NCBI GenBank assembly: GCA_002104905.1
Contig: MCFE01000546.1
Coordinates: forward strand, 1-59,955
Origin: Basidiobolus meristosporus CBS 931.73
Lineage: Eukaryota > Fungi > Basidiobolomycota
Direction: 5' to 3'
Length of the DNA: 59,955 nt
Below, piece by piece: positions 11,690-25,299 of the stretch (position 1 is its first letter; the number at the start of each line of letters is the position of its first letter). A program made the position numbers and the translations under genes. A model generated the notes under the pieces. That model did no database searches and was not told where the DNA came from. It was given only the letters and a program-made list of their open reading frames with translations.

Positions 11690-14150
11690 GCTAGTGGTCA
11701 TTGTAAAATCACCACCACCCATATTAGTAAGTATGTTGTCAGCTCATACCAAAGCATTAATGAAGCAATTAGGTGCTGTGGCAGATAGGATAGATGCAAT
11801 GGCCCAGAGAAATCAGAAAATAGTCCAGAAACCAGATGAGTAGATAATATATGTAGAGCAATAAATACCCCAGGTAGAGCATGGGAGGGAGACAATGTGG
11901 TATTTATACCAATACAAAAAAATCAAAACGCACTGTGGATCTGTGAAGCCATTGAGTGAAATAATGAAGAGTGGGCCAATATTCAAGAGACCGTAAGAAG
12001 TCTAGCACATCATCACCTTAAGGCCAATATACCATGGGACCATCAGGAACTCAAGGCCAAGCAGAATGAGCTTAACTTGTTCCATGAGCATTATCCTGGA
12101 CTCAAATGGGCAAACAGCTTTTGGGCCAGCATTAATTTGCCAAGAAAGTATCTTAAGAATAGCAGAAACTATAAAAGGCAGAAGAATAAGGGTGCTATGG
12201 TAAAGCCAGCAGCTTCCTCAAGAGCCCATGACAAGCAGGGCTAAAAGCTCCAAACAAACATGTTGTATCCAAGAGAGAAGTGTAATAAGCTCTTGAATAA
12301 GTTAACAGAACCTAGGTGACAAACAAGTGCGGAATCTTAGAATGTTAAGAGTGACAGAAATATTGACAGAGAAGTTCCGGTCTAATATTGGTCTTGTACA
12401 TAGCTGTGTTGGGCTAAGAAGGCAACAGAGTTGATTTGCTATGCAGGCTAGGTTTGGTGTTCTGGGGAGTGCTAGATATACTAGGCTTGGGTAGAAACTA
12501 GAACAGAATTGTTGAATTCTTAATTTTACTGTGGCACAAATTTAGTTTTGTTGAGAAATATACTATACCAAGAGATTCAGTAATCTTTATATATATTTTT
12601 CTAATCAAGTTGAATTGGTAAGCACTAAGAGACTGGACAAACTGAAATCTGTTGGGGTATTCATAGGTGAATAAGATAAATGAGAAATTGCATCATTAAT
12701 CAGCTGATATCTTGGCGGCTGATAAATGGTTGTATAGATCTTAGATGATAATCACTGGGAAAGGCTTAGCAGATCAGTTAAGAACATAATGACTACATGA
12801 AAAATGATCCAGTGTGACAGCTAAAACTAGATTCTGAGAAGTGATAAAATAAATCATAACTGGGATTAGTTATGTTTGGGTTTTTGAAAATCAGTTAGGG
12901 TACTAGATCTTCTAATGGAGTAAAATAGGCTAGGTTTCAATGCTGATGCACAACAAATTGTTAAAGAAACATAAGGTAGCTGGAAGAGTGCCAACAAGAG
13001 ACAAGCAAGCAGACACAGATGCACCAGCACAGCATTTGTCAAGAAAAAGGTGTAGTGGCTCTCAAGAGGCACCCAGTCAAAGTAGCAGTGGAGGACCTGG
13101 CAGTGATAAAAGCCAGTGGCTTTGTCAGGAGCCTATCACAACTATGGCTGAGAGCTCAAAACAAGCATAAAACAAACATCAGGTTGCCAGAATAGTGCCC
13201 ACAAGGTGCAAGCAGGCCAAAACAGATGCATTGGAGCAGAATATATCACGGAGAAAATGTAGTTCATTACAAGAAGCACTCAGACAAAGTAGCAGTGAAA
13301 GACCTGGCAGTGATAAAGGAAATGATAAAGGGAAAAATGTCAACACAAGCCTGACACAGGGAAGCATGCAAAAAAACTGCAGTTCTTGCAATTGACGCTG
13401 CATGCCTGGAACAGACTTAGTCTCATCATAGCTAAGAAGAATAACCAACAAGTGAGCAGCTGTTTTCACAAGAGTTGGAAGCTCAGACAGTTGAGCTATA
13501 CTCCAGCAAGATAGATAAACTTGCAGAGAATGGCATTCATCCACCACAGCTTCCAGATCCTCCATGGTCCGCAGAATGGAGATCCCACCAACAGACAAAT
13601 CTACAATGCCGAGAACTTGACAGACTGTCACAATTCCTTCAGTGGAATTTTATAACATTAATAGGCACACCAAGAGGTTGCAGCACATCTTCAAGAGCAG
13701 TGCTCAAGATAATGCACTTGAATATTGCAATTACTGGCAGATGAGGTGCTAAACCATGCAGTGCTGGCTGAAGACCAGCACATGTGGGAACCAGTGAATG
13801 ATCAATGGCATTAAGCCATTGAACTCCTGCCAAAATCATGGAAACAGAGCATTAGAACAGAAATAATTATTGAGTGGTGGATTTTAATGAAGTTACTTCT
13901 TGAGTGTGGGGTTGGGCTCACTCTTAGTATAGGGTGTAGGGACTTCTTTTGGTCAGTACAATTTGCAAGTGAGGTACAACCAAAGTTTCCACAGAACAAT
14001 ATCAATTGGTATGCACAAAAGTCAGAGAAACAGTTGGGTCAGGAAGTGAGGAGTGTGAATAAGAAGCAACAGCCAGTCAATGTACACAAATGTAGAAGAT
14101 GACCAAGCATCTGGGATCAGAAAGTGAGCACATTTTGCCACTTGTTTTTA
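11690..14150 (+). pseudogene. Family X repeated gene, copy 1 (interrupted about 12270-12965 by another repeat)
   Basis: Homologous to 17620-19760, 22030-22500, 23240-23898 and 30915-31620. Coiled-coil start, FHEHYPG block, 207-bp tandem unit, ..DVWEPVN.QWH C-terminal block. Confidence 0.7.
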
Positions 14151-14487
14151 ATGTGGGGAGTAGGGTACAGTAGTTTCTTGCTTTTTCCCATGAATTTTGT
14201 GCAAGTGGATGGAAAGTCATGAGGTATATTCTCAATCAATGTCAGAGCATATTTTCTTGATTTTTCACTTATGTCTTGCTCCCCTAGGGGCTTAAGCTCC
14301 CTGAGCTTAGACCAGACTACTTTATTCTTGCATGTGGTAGGCTCATGAGTATCTTACATAATTATCAATAACTGTGAGTATTTACTTCATCCTGCATAAG
14401 GATGAGTTTTGCATAGGTCCAGAGAGACTTGAGTGAATTAGATCTAAATTTCTTATACTTTTAATGAATATAAGTGTGTTGCTTCCT

Positions 14488-14760
14488 TCACTGCTCCTCA
14501 GGCTTACAAGGATAATTCATCTCCAGCTTCATCAAGTGTCCTGTTGTCACCCATGAAAACCTTTTCAACTGGAATTTTTTAACATTGGGTAAAAAGTTTT
14601 TTTGGTGTGTAAAGTGTTGAGCAGCTCCAGGGTCAACATATATCATCAAAGAATCCCTATTTGTGATCATACTCAGTGTAGATATGAATAGTGTATCCTC
14701 AGCTGTGAAGCACTTCCATATTCCGCCTTTTACTGCTGATTGCCTCTCTTTCTGAGGCAC
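14488..14760 (-). pseudogene. Decayed Copia protease remnant (different family from B)
   Basis: YVDPGAAQHFT resembles the Copia (W)YIDSGASQH active site. Confidence 0.6.
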
Positions 14761-15619
14761 TGGTCTGATGTGTGTCCTTTCCTTTTGTAGTAGTTTCCAT
14801 GCAGGCTACTATATCCTTTCAGGAGGCTTGAGTACCTTTTCTGTTGATTATTAGATTTTATTTAAGCATTTTGTTCTTCCTTCTTATTAGCACTTAATTC
14901 TCTTGATTTTTCATCCAGGAGCCTCACATATATGAAATCCAAGGTTACATCTTCACTTAAGGACTTTAGGGTCAATACAAGGCACTAACACTTGCCTGAA
15001 CTGATATTCAGGATAATAAATATTGCATCCCTATCAGTAGTGGATACACCCACGGATTCCATCTCAGCTATCTGCAGGGTATTTCTGTTAATCTGATTTT
15101 TCATTTCTTCTGTTGGTAACATAGTTGTGATAAGGAGTTTTCATCAAAGATACATTATTTTAGCTGCAGAACATGACTAAAATGTGTCTACTAGTGCCAT
15201 CCAGGAACTCTTTACCATTTTTGCTCTGCAGCATTGAATCAGCAATTTGCCTTTAACATTAAGGCAACTACAGTAGGAGGCACATAGTTCTTTTTCCAGT
15301 TACATTGAGGCTCCCTCTCTCATGCTTTCATTAGGGCATTTGTCTCCCATGACAATATCCCAAAGGCCTTGTACTTGTAGCAGCATCTTCATCTACACCT
15401 TCCACACTTGGTGTTGGATCCATCCAACTTTTTAGCAGAGGGAAAAGTTACAGTTGGAGTAGTAGTAGATATTGCAGGAAGTAACAGCTTGGGGCCCACT
15501 GCTGGTTTTAAGAATCTTGTAGATATTAATATTGATGGGGAGAACATTTAGATTATGTGGCTTCACTTCATGATATGTTGAATGTAAAGTAGTGTTTGTA
15601 CTTTTAGGTAGTCTTGGCA

Positions 15620-15849
15620 TATCAAGCATGTAGAAGAGGCTTAGGAGGATTGTTAAAGCATGTTTGTAAAATTGGGCCCACTTAGACTACTTCAAAAATT
15701 TCCATGTTCTGGACACCAGACATGTTGGCAAAAATAATTCAGATAATTCCAGCAAGGAATTAGGTTAGTAATCTCTCAAATTTGTATCTAATGGTGTAGG
15801 TGGCCAAGTCAAGTGAATACTTAGGTGGAATTACAAATTTCTTACAACA
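15620..15849. repeat. Diverged LTR fragment related to family A
   Basis: Ends GAATACTTAGGTGGAATTACAAATTTCTTACAACA, similar to the A LTR end. Confidence 0.5.
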
Positions 15850-16049
15850 TATTGATCATAAGGATCCAGCAATGAGGCAGTCACAATGCCAGCAACATGA
15901 AACTGATGACGCTTTACACAATCTTATAGCAGGTTTGTGGAAGTGATTTTCTGGTTTCACTTCCAAATAGGGTAAGTGAGTTGAATGCGCTCATTTGAGC
16001 TTGTGACAAGACTTGCATGGTATTTTAATGATCTCAATGCAATCTATAT

Positions 16050-16700
16050 CTATTTGAATGGACCTAACCAGCCAATAAATGCAAATAATTTATAAGGCAA
16101 GTAAGATGTCAGTGTTTAATGGCCTAGTTGCAGACCTCTATTGGTATTACAACAACAGCATAGTAACCTGATGCTAGATGTGTATAATGCCACTGTGCTG
16201 ATTTACCAAATGGGACTTCCATTTTCTACCTCCCCTTGCACCATTTATATGTGGCACTTTGGAATCACCCCTACTGATTTGCTTACCCAATACTACCATG
16301 GGCATTCCTCATATAGTATGAGTTAACAAAAAGTATAGTCTCCTGCTCACTAGCCCACATATACATGTACACCCACTGCAATAGACACACTACTATTTTC
16401 TCAGCTTTATAGCTTTTGGTATGATACTTTGAAGGCTACCATATATCTTACATTGCTGAAAATATATATATCTTGCAAGTATTTGCTTGGTTCCAACCAT
16501 TTTTGCCATGAATACCTCCAGAATATCTGCAAAATGTCTTTTTGTGTTGAGCAAATATATGCTTCTCCCTGCTGGATTCTAGTTCCACTTATAGATGCAC
16601 TCTGATTCTTGTTTGTGTGAAATCCACATTGTAATGTATAGATATTGGCTTATAAGCAGGTGCAATCCATCATATTTAAGCAATGTTTTCCAAATAACAA
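16050..16700 (-). pseudogene. Decayed CACTA/CMC-type transposase fragment (C-terminal part)
   Basis: Nucleotide similarity to 19870-20400 and to the 3' part of 42900-44800. Confidence 0.55.
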
Positions 16701-17331
16701 CTAGTTGCTAATCATATGCAACTCAGCTTACATTACTTAATTGCATGCCTACTAACTGAGTTGTTTAGACATAGGCTCCTACATTTAAAACTTTGCTATT
16801 GTTACTATATTATAAAATCTAGTACCCTTGTTGATTTTCCTTAACCCATGCGTAACTCATCCCAGTTATGGTTAATGTTACCCTACATCTCAATCTATCT
16901 TCAGCTGTCACACCTGATGAGTTTTCATGTGGCCATTGCACAATCAACTTATCAGCCATGCATTCCAAGTCATTAGTCATCTGAAACCAATAACTTGCTA
17001 GTTACCAAGACATCAGCCAATGGATGATTCAGTTATCATTTGTCATATGCACCTATCAGCACATAAATTGACTTCAATAAATACAGTCTATTGACGCTTC
17101 CTGATACAACTTGATCAAAAAAGTATAAAGCCTACTAAATCTTTGGGCTTAGCAGGTGTCTCAACAAAATTAAGATTCTGCCCTAGAGAGTCAAAATACT
17201 ATAGTTCTGTACTAGTTTCTACCCACACCCTGGATATTTAGCACTCTCAAGTACACTAAGCCTAACCAGCATTGCAAACCAGCTTCATTGCTCTTATACC
17301 CAAGCCCAGTCAAATACCAGACCTGTATTAT

Positions 17332-17545
17332 GTTGTAAGAATTTGTAATTCCACCTAAACATTCACCTGACTTGTAATTAGAGCATTACCTACATATTTT
17401 GGAGAATACTGACCAGATTTCTTGTTGGGACTTACATATAATATTTTCACCACAGTCTCAGGCACCTAGAATACAAAAAGTCTCAAAGATATGTAAACAG
17501 CCCCAAACTTTGCACACATGCACTTGGGACCTTCTGAAGCCTATG
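17332..17545. repeat. Diverged LTR fragment related to family A (opposite orientation)
   Basis: Reverse complement contains GAAGGTCCCAAG..GTGTGCAAAGTTTGGGG and GGTGAAAATATT..AAGTCCCAACAAGAAATCTGGTCAG, as in the A LTR. Confidence 0.65.
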
Positions 17546-17619
17546 TTATTTGGGTTTTATGCCAAGATCATTTAGAAGTATAGGCACTACTTTTGTATGA
17601 AATAAAGCATTGAGTCTAA

Positions 17620-19760
17620 ATCACAAAATCTACCTGCTCTCCCAATCACGTCCCTATGAAAAATTGTTGAGATGATCCAATCAAAGGCCATCACAAAGTT
17701 AAAGTCTCATGACTAAGAGGTACTGATTCTATCAGGGCACCATCCAGAGACCATTGAAAAATAATTGCACCTCAGATTTCACAAAAGACTTGGTCAAAAT
17801 CTTTTGTCACAACAATGCATAAGTGGCTTTTGATTGGTTCCTGACAATTTGCCCACTTTCTGATCCTAGACACTCTGGTGCCTCCTATATTTGTGTGCAT
17901 TGATTGGCTATTGCCTCTTTTTCACACTCATTACTTCCTGACTCAACCATTTCTCTTACTTTTCACGCGTACAAATTGATTTATTTCAGTTGAAACTTCA
18001 ATTATACCTCAGTTGCCAATTGTATTGACCTATACAAGTCCCTATACCCTACACTAGCATTAAGTCCAACCTCACACTCAACAAGTAGCTCCATTAAAAT
18101 CTACCACTAAATAAGTATCTCTGCTGTAACACTCTGCTTCCACAACCTTGGTGGGAACCCAGCAGCTTTATGCCACTGTTCATTCACTGGTTCCCACACA
18201 TCCTGGTCTTCAGCCAGCACTGCAAGGTCTAGCACCTCATCTGCCAGTCTTTGCAATAAATCCTTGCAATATACCAGTGCATTTTCTTGAGCACTGCTGT
18301 TGAAGAAGTGCTGCAACCTCTTGGTGTGCCTGTTAATATTCCAAAACTCTACTGATGGCATTGGGATAGTGTTTTGAGCTCTTGACATTGTAGCCTTGTC
18401 TGTCAGTGGGATCTCCACTCTGTCAGCAATGTAGGATGCGGAGGCTGTGGTAGACAAGTTGCCTTTTTGGCAAAATATTGCTCTGATGCATCTGTTTTGG
18501 CCTACTGGCCCCTTGCTGGCACTCTTCTGGCAACCTGATATTTCTTTTTTACTTGTTTTGAGCTCTCAACTGTAGTTGTGATGGGCTCCTGTAAAAGCAG
18601 CCATTTTTTTTTGCTGCCTGGCCTTTCACTGCTAACTTTGACTGGGTGCTTCTTGAGTAATACACACTTTTTCCTTGATAAATGCTGTGATGGTGCATCT
18701 GTATCTGCCTGCTTGTCCCTAATTGGCACTCTTCCAGCTACCTGATGTCTCTTTGATGCCTGTCTGGAGCTTTTGGCGCTGTGGTAGGGTAAACATACCT
18801 CCCACAGACAAGTTTATTGATATAGTCATTATGATATACTTATCCATATTTTATCTTATCAGTATTATCCCATTCTTCTTTTGCCCATATTATCAGTATT
18901 ATCCCCATATGATGTTTACCCTGATTAGTTATTAGCATTAGTTATCCCAGATGTTATTCAGCTTTGTGAATAGTATATGTATCTACATAAGGCAAGTACC
19001 CACGTCAGTACCCATGACACATGACCTAGGTCTGTGTTACCATCCCTACCATTTTAATACCATATATGGTATTTGTATGTTGAACAGGTTTCAGACTACT
19101 GATTCCTGATTGGTTGAATGTGCTGTGCCTTTTAGAACCTTCCAGGACACTCTTGGTATATTTTTAGCTCATAGTGATGTCATCAAGAATTCCACTGATA
19201 CCTAGAATCTTCTAGAACCATGTCATTAGTAATCACTTGGCAATCAGGAAAAGTATTTAAGGGAAAGCTATCCCTCCTCAATAAATCATCCCTTCTATCA
19301 GTAACACTTCTACCTTATTGATTAGCAGTTGATCACTGCACCTGCCTTTAACAGTACATCCCAGACCTGCCATCAAGGAGCTTTTCAGTGTAGTGCACAA
19401 GACACACAGGGGCCTTTGGAGACACTTGGAGCACCAAGGAAGCTAGAGAAGTAGGAGGTTTTACCATAGTGACATATTGACAAAGACACCAGTAGTTTAG
19501 ACCCAGAGGTTATTGCACCCATCAGACACCTCACACACCTTGAGTTGTGTAGCTTTTCCCAGGAGTACCTCTACACCACCACAGCACTGCTTGTAATGGG
19601 CTCTTGAGGAAGCCACCAGTTTTTAGCCATGGCACCCTTGTTCTTCTGCCATTGATAGTTTATGCTATTCTTAAGATACTTTCTTAGCATACCAATGCCA
19701 TCACAAAATCTGTCTGCCTGTTTGTATCCAGGATAATGCTCATGGAACAAGTCATCCTTA
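17620..19760 (-). pseudogene. Family X copy 2 (interrupted by solo LTR 18780-19583)
   Basis: ORF pieces 18107-18457, 18502-18729 and 19571-19774 are homologous to copy 1. Confidence 0.7.
18780..19583 (+). mobile_element. Solo LTR of family C (804 bp)
   Basis: Reverse-complement match to the LTRs at 55105-55908 and 57918-58721. TG..CA ends. 4-bp TSD GCGC/GCAC (one CpG-type change); the empty site matches the family X paralog near 12225-12255. Confidence 0.92.
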
Positions 19761-19869
19761 GATGAGGGTGTCACAATACTGGGTGCTTCAAATTATTAAG
19801 CCTCAACATAATCTTATGAAAGGATTGTACTAGTATTTGCTGAATTTACTGCCAAATAAAACTAAGGAC

Positions 19870-20400
19870 TTGACAGTGCTTTGATGGTCTTTGACAAGAA
19901 TACATGGCATTCTGACAGTCTGAATATTGCTACAGTTAATCAGGCCAACCTAATTGGCTAATACATCCAATTGCCTCAAAGAACCAGAAACTTGCTGGTG
20001 TTCTGACAGCCTCATTGTAAATCTTTACTGGCATTCTATCAACAGTAGAGGGGTCTATAGCCAGGTCTGTATAATCACTCTACCAATTGACCAAATGGTG
20101 TTTCTTTTTTCTACCTCCCCTTGCAAAATTTGTGTTTTCCACTGTAGAATCACCCCTTTTTATCAGCTTGCTTACTACTACCTTAGGTTGTTTGCATATA
20201 GCTCAAACCACAAGAACTATGCCTCTTGCTTACTAACCTGTACATATGTGTACACCAGCTGCAATTGCTATACTTTTATCCTCTTAGCTTCACAGCTTTT
20301 CAGTGTGACACTTGTAAAGCTTTCATATACCTTGTATTGCTGGTAGCATATACATCCAGGGTAGCAGTTGCCAGTCTGTGAAATAGATCAGTTAAATAAT
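19870..20400 (-). pseudogene. Decayed CACTA/CMC-type transposase fragment
   Basis: Homologous to the 3' part of 42900-44800 and to 16050-16700. Confidence 0.55.
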
Positions 20401-22029
20401 TTGCATGATTCTCACAGTTGGTGAAGATAGGATAACATCATCATTAAATATCAAGGCATATAGTACATTCCTAAGTTTTATTTTCCTGACTCTCTGGAGT
20501 ATGCTGGTAATGTTATTAAGACAAAGGGATCTTGCTGAAAAATCCATTGCATAGTGTTCAAAATAAATGCAGTCTTATGCTGATGATCCAAATGGACCTA
20601 GAATTACCAAGATGCATTCTTTATGTCTAACTTGATGAATACTTTTGTTCCCTATGGTATGTAGCTGATATCTTGGATTACTAGATTAGAAATTAGTCAT
20701 CTTGAAGAAGTGTATAGTGTAGCAGCTAATCTGGAACAATGCATAAACTATTCCTTCAAGTGGCTTGGTTTCTCTCAATGGCTGAATGAGTATCCAATTA
20801 GATTGATTTAAAATATGCTTGGAAGGCAGGGGTCAGCTCTTCTGCATTCAGCTGGGGGAAATAATCACTGGAATCCAATCAATTATAGGTGGCTAAGAAT
20901 CAGCAACTCCTGGATAGGAAACTGGTAGTCTACTCATGTGAGAGGGTCTTTGTTGTAAGCACAATTTTTCCTGGTTGTTTTTCCATTTCCATGTTGAGTA
21001 CTTTGACTGCATTGGGGGATAAAATACAGTTGGATGTTACACTATCAAGTAGTGCTACACATGATTGGCTATTCAGGGTGTGTGACTTAATGGCTTTTAG
21101 CACTATGGCTGGCAGTTTCTTATTGTGATATGCTGCAATTCTGGCTGGAAATTCTGTGAGCTTGCATTAATCATGAGCTGTAAGCTCTTCATATACTTCC
21201 TCATACCCTGTCATAACATTGGTTGAACTATCATTTAGAATCTGAGTAATCTTAGCCAATGGTGTAAAGCCTATTCTAGCATGGGCAGTTCATCTATGTC
21301 CCAGCTTTTCAACTATAAAGCATTTGTCATCAGCATATAGATAATTAGCTGTGGCAATTTGTTGCATCTCTGAGGTAGCTTCTAATTTGCTGGACTGCTT
21401 TTTGATACCTTTCCACTCACTAATGGAGTAATAGTATCTTCTGAAAAACTCATACTGCTTGGTAGTAGTTGGCTTATTCTTGGTTCTATAGTTGGCTTCC
21501 TTTCTATTTGTAGCTAGATCTTGAGTTAAGTTGCCTGAATTCTAGCCAACAGCTGCAGTTATAGTAATTGCAAGTGAACATATCACTCAGATCTTGTGAT
21601 AAGTACCTGTATAGTTGCATGCTTTAATAACATCATCATTACTCAGTAGCTGGTGTGAAAAATTTGAAAAAAAAGAGTAATAAGAAACATATTATAATTA
21701 CCAACTCCAGCTTATCTCAGTTGTCTTTGAAATCCATCACAGAAGTGTTTTATTGATTCTCCCTTTTGCATTTTGGCTTCCATAAGCCACTGTTCAGATG
21801 TGTTTTCTCAGGTGGATCTTCAAAAAGGCTGAAAAAGAGGTTTTGTGCAATTTTCAACACACTATTGGGGGGAATGCTCACCTCAACCCAGTTAGCATCT
21901 TGCATTGTGAGACAGAGAAATTGAAGTCTAGCAAAATTGGCATTTGGGACTAACTGGTGTGCAGCTAAGACAAAACTGATATTTTAAAGAAACTCAGTAG
22001 GATTCTTTATTTTATGAAAACTAACTTTG

Positions 22030-22500
22030 AAGATCCCATTGAAAGGCCATCACAATGCTTAAATACCATGACTAAGAGATATTGATGCCATCAGAATAAA
22101 ATGCAAAGATGGTTTAGAAAAAATTGCACCCCAGATTTCACATAAAACTTGGTGATAATTTTCATCAGAACAGTGTACATCTTGCTTTTGATTGGTTCTC
22201 TGACAATTCTTGTACTTTCTAGTCCCAGACACCAACTTGACTGCTACATTGTTATACATTGATTGGCTATTGCTCATTTCTTACACTCCTTACTTCCTGA
22301 CTCAAACAATGTGATTACTTTCATGCATACAAATTGGTTTATTTTCTTTGATTCATCAGTTGTAACTCAATTTCTAACTATACTGACCTATACATATCCT
22401 TGTACCCAACACTAACAATACACCCTACCACACCTCAATCAGTAACTCCATTGAAATTTACCATTCAATAAGTATCTGAGCCAAATACCCTTTTTCCATG
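22030..22500 (-). pseudogene. Family X copy 3 (3' part only)
   Basis: Matches 17690-18130 and 23270-23740. Confidence 0.65.
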
Positions 22501-22505
22501 ACTTT

Positions 22506-22890
22506 GGTGTGAAGGGTAATATACCTCTAGCAAACAAATTTATTCATATGACTATTGTGAGGCATGTACTCATTTTTTTCCTGTGAGTATTATCCCAGTT
22601 TCCTTTCCCCAAATCTAGAGTATTACTCCCATATAACTTTTACCCTGTTTAGTTATCAGCAGTAGCTAACCCATATGTTATTTAGCTTTGTGATCACTTG
22701 TATATATGTGCATTAGGCTAGCACCCATATCAGTATTCCCAACACATGACCCAGGTCAGTGTTACCCTCCCTATCACTTCAATACAATATATTATCTTGG
22801 TGTTACAGAAGTTTCAAACTACCAAACCCTGACTTGTTCAATATGCTGTATTTTTTGAACCTTCCAGGACTTTGTTAGAGTATTCTTAGT
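22506..22890 (+). repeat. Old, diverged 5' half of a family-C-like LTR
   Basis: TGTGAAGGGTAATATACCTC..CATGACCCAGGTCAGTGTTACC..GAACCTTCCAGGAC parallels the C LTR. Confidence 0.65.
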
Positions 22891-23239
22891 TTGTATTTTT
22901 ACATTTCTCTAGTATTTGATGAATTTGAGAATCTGGCTATTGACAAATAGCTTGCTAGCTTTGCTGCAGTTGCATGCCAACATTGGTACATTCTCTCCAT
23001 GGGAAGATGATTTGTGTTGTCATTGTTGTATGAATAAAGATAGCTTGTAAAAGTCAAGAAGTAACTCCCCTGTGTCTTGCACATTTAGGAACAATGCTGT
23101 CCATTATCCCTTGCAAAACCGTTTATCTTGCTGATTGCTTTGGTATCTCCAATATAAATAGTTATATGTACTTGGAGCTGATAGCCATTTACCAGTATTC
23201 CAATGCATAGCATACAAGACTCATGTAGAAGTTGATAGA

Positions 23240-23898
23240 GGTACCCATCCCCTATGAAAAATTATAGAGATTATTCCATCAAAAGGCCATCATAAAGCTA
23301 AAGTCCTGTGACTGAGAGGTACTGATCCTGTCAGAACACCATCCAGAAACCATTGAAAATGACTCCACCCCAGATGTCATAAAAAACTGAGTCAAAACTC
23401 TTCATCACAACAATGTATAAGTGGCTTTTTATTGGTTCCCTATCAGTTTGCTCACTTTGTGATCCAGGAAACTCTGTTGCCTCCTACATTTGTGTGCATT
23501 CATTGGCTATTGCCTCTTTTTCTCAGCTCCTTACATCCTTACTCAACCATTTCTCTTACTTTTCCTGTGTACAAATTGGATTATCTCTGTTGAAGCTTGA
23601 GTTGTACCTCAATTGCCAATTGTATTGACCTATACAAGTCTCTATACCATTCACTAACATTAGGCCCAACCCCACACTTGACAAGTAACTCCATTAAAAT
23701 CCACCACTCAATAAGTATTTCTGCAGTAATGCACTGGTGTTACAACTTTGGCAGGAACCAAATGGCTTTATGCCACTGTTCATTCACTGATTGCTACATG
23801 TCCCAGTCTTCAGCTGGCACTGCAAGGTCTAGCACATCATCTGCCAGTCTTTGCAATAAATCCTTGGCATATTCCAGTGCATTCTCTTGAGCACTGCT
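23240..23898 (-). pseudogene. Family X copy 4, 3' part (continues at 29583-29690 and 30915-31620)
   Basis: Joining across the CTTG TSD of the Gypsy restores GAGCACTGCTCTTG|GAGAAGTGCTGC, matching copy 2 near 18290-18315. Confidence 0.75.
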
Positions 23899-23902
23899 CT
23901 TG

Positions 23903-24270
23903 TGTTATGATCTGCCGCTTGAATGTTTAAGTTAGATCAGTTCTTAGTCAAAGCAATTAGTATATGTTTAGGTTATCAGTATATCAGTATTATCTATGAA
24001 ATCAGTAGCATTAGTCAGCAAATGAATCAGCAGATCCTTATCAGACAGAGATAGATATATTAAGTAGGATCTTATTGGGTGATGATGATGCCATCAAATG
24101 AGCCATCAGCCACAACCTACATTAGGAAATACAATTAGTCAGCAATTGATCTGGCAAAATGTATATAAGGAGCTGCTGGAACCTCAATAAAAATCAGTTC
24201 AAGTTTTAGTGAATACAATACTAGCTAAACTCCCTATTCCTCTACAACTCTTATACCAAGACTTGTAACA
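23903..24270 (+). repeat. 5' LTR of family G
   Basis: TGTTATGATCTG...GACTTGTAACA. Confidence 0.95.
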
Positions 24271-24271
24271 T

Positions 24272-24280
24272 TGGTAGCAG
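24272..24280 (+). promoter_or_regulatory. PBS of family G (tRNA-iMet 3' end)
   Basis: TGGTAGCAG one base after the LTR. Confidence 0.8.
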
Positions 24281-24328
24281 TGATAACCAGAAACCTCCCT
24301 CCTGAAGAAAGAAGAAACCACCCTCAAG

Positions 24329-25162
24329 ATGTCAGACAATCAAGAATGGAAGAATGCCATGCAGCAAATCCTGGCCCAACAGCAACAGCTACTCCAGATC
24401 CTCAGCCAACAGCAGCAAGGAATAACTACCATGGCTCAGAGCCAGCAAAGCCCTGTCAAGAGCAACTTTAGTGTGAAGGTCAACCGGTACCATGGCAGAG
24501 TCAATGAAAACCTGGGAACTTGGCTCTTTCAGATTGAAGAAGCTTTTAAAGCTCAAGGAATTGCTCCAGAAAGCAAGTTGCATTATGCAGCTTCTTACCT
24601 GGCAGATGCAGCTTTACAGTGGTACCACAACAAGATCAGGTCAGCTACTATGATGGGATGCTCTACAATCTCTACCTGGGATGAGTTTGTGTTGGAAATT
24701 CAGGATGCTTTTGAACCTCCACACCAGCAGACACTACTAAGAAGGAAGTTAAAGACACTCAGACAGAAAGGAATGGTGCAAGAATACATCTATGAGTACA
24801 GATGTCTACTTGGACAAATTGAAAGAATGAACCCCTTGGATCAAGTTGAATACTTTATTGATGGGTTGAAAGAAAGAACTCGCAAGGAAGTCAATTACCA
24901 AAGACCTCAGACTATTGAAGAAGCCATCAAGATTGCCATTGACTATGACTCAGCTATGTTTGGAGTTGGGAAGCTTACAGTGACTAATCAGAAAGGCTAT
25001 AATCATTATGAAAGAAGACAATCAGAAGCAGTACCAATGGAAATTGATGCTATGCAGAAGAATCCCTCCTCAGAAGAATGCAAGAAGAGAGGACTTTGCT
25101 TCAATTGCCACCAGCAGGGACATATTGCAAAGTACTGCCCTCAGAGAAGAAATGGACACTAG
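24329..25162 (+). CDS. gag: Gypsy Gag (277 aa; TAG is premature, from CAG)
   Basis: Retrotrans_gag-like core (LADAALQWY, LRQKGMVQEY), PMEID motif, CCHC knuckle CFNCHQQGHIAKYC. The paralog near 49148 has CAG and reads on into the protease. Confidence 0.93.
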   Translation: MSDNQEWKNAMQQILAQQQQLLQILSQQQQGITTMAQSQQSPVKSNFSVKVNRYHGRVNENLGTWLFQIEEAFKAQGIAPESKLHYAASYLADAALQWYHNKIRSATMMGCSTISTWDEFVLEIQDAFEPPHQQTLLRRKLKTLRQKGMVQEYIYEYRCLLGQIERMNPLDQVEYFIDGLKERTRKEVNYQRPQTIEEAIKIAIDYDSAMFGVGKLTVTNQKGYNHYERRQSEAVPMEIDAMQKNPSSEECKKRGLCFNCHQQGHIAKYCPQRRNGH

Positions 25163-25299
25163 CCAACAAGAACCTTCAACCATATTGAGTCCCATGAACA
25201 CAGTAATGTGGAAGATGAGCTTGAAGAAAACTTGGAACTCACCTTCCATATGACAGAAGAGTACTTGTGCCAAATGACTTCAAACTCAGGGAAGTTATT

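Noticed and set aside
12370-17330. Inverted similarity between 12370-12510 and 17200-17330 as the ends of one large element
   Set aside because: Only about 70% similar, no TSD, and internal to other repeats; better explained as two dispersed copies of one old repeat
25160-25162. gag TAG as a programmed readthrough signal
   Set aside because: The paralog near 49148 has CAG here, so it is most simply a C>T mutation in a single gag-pol ORF
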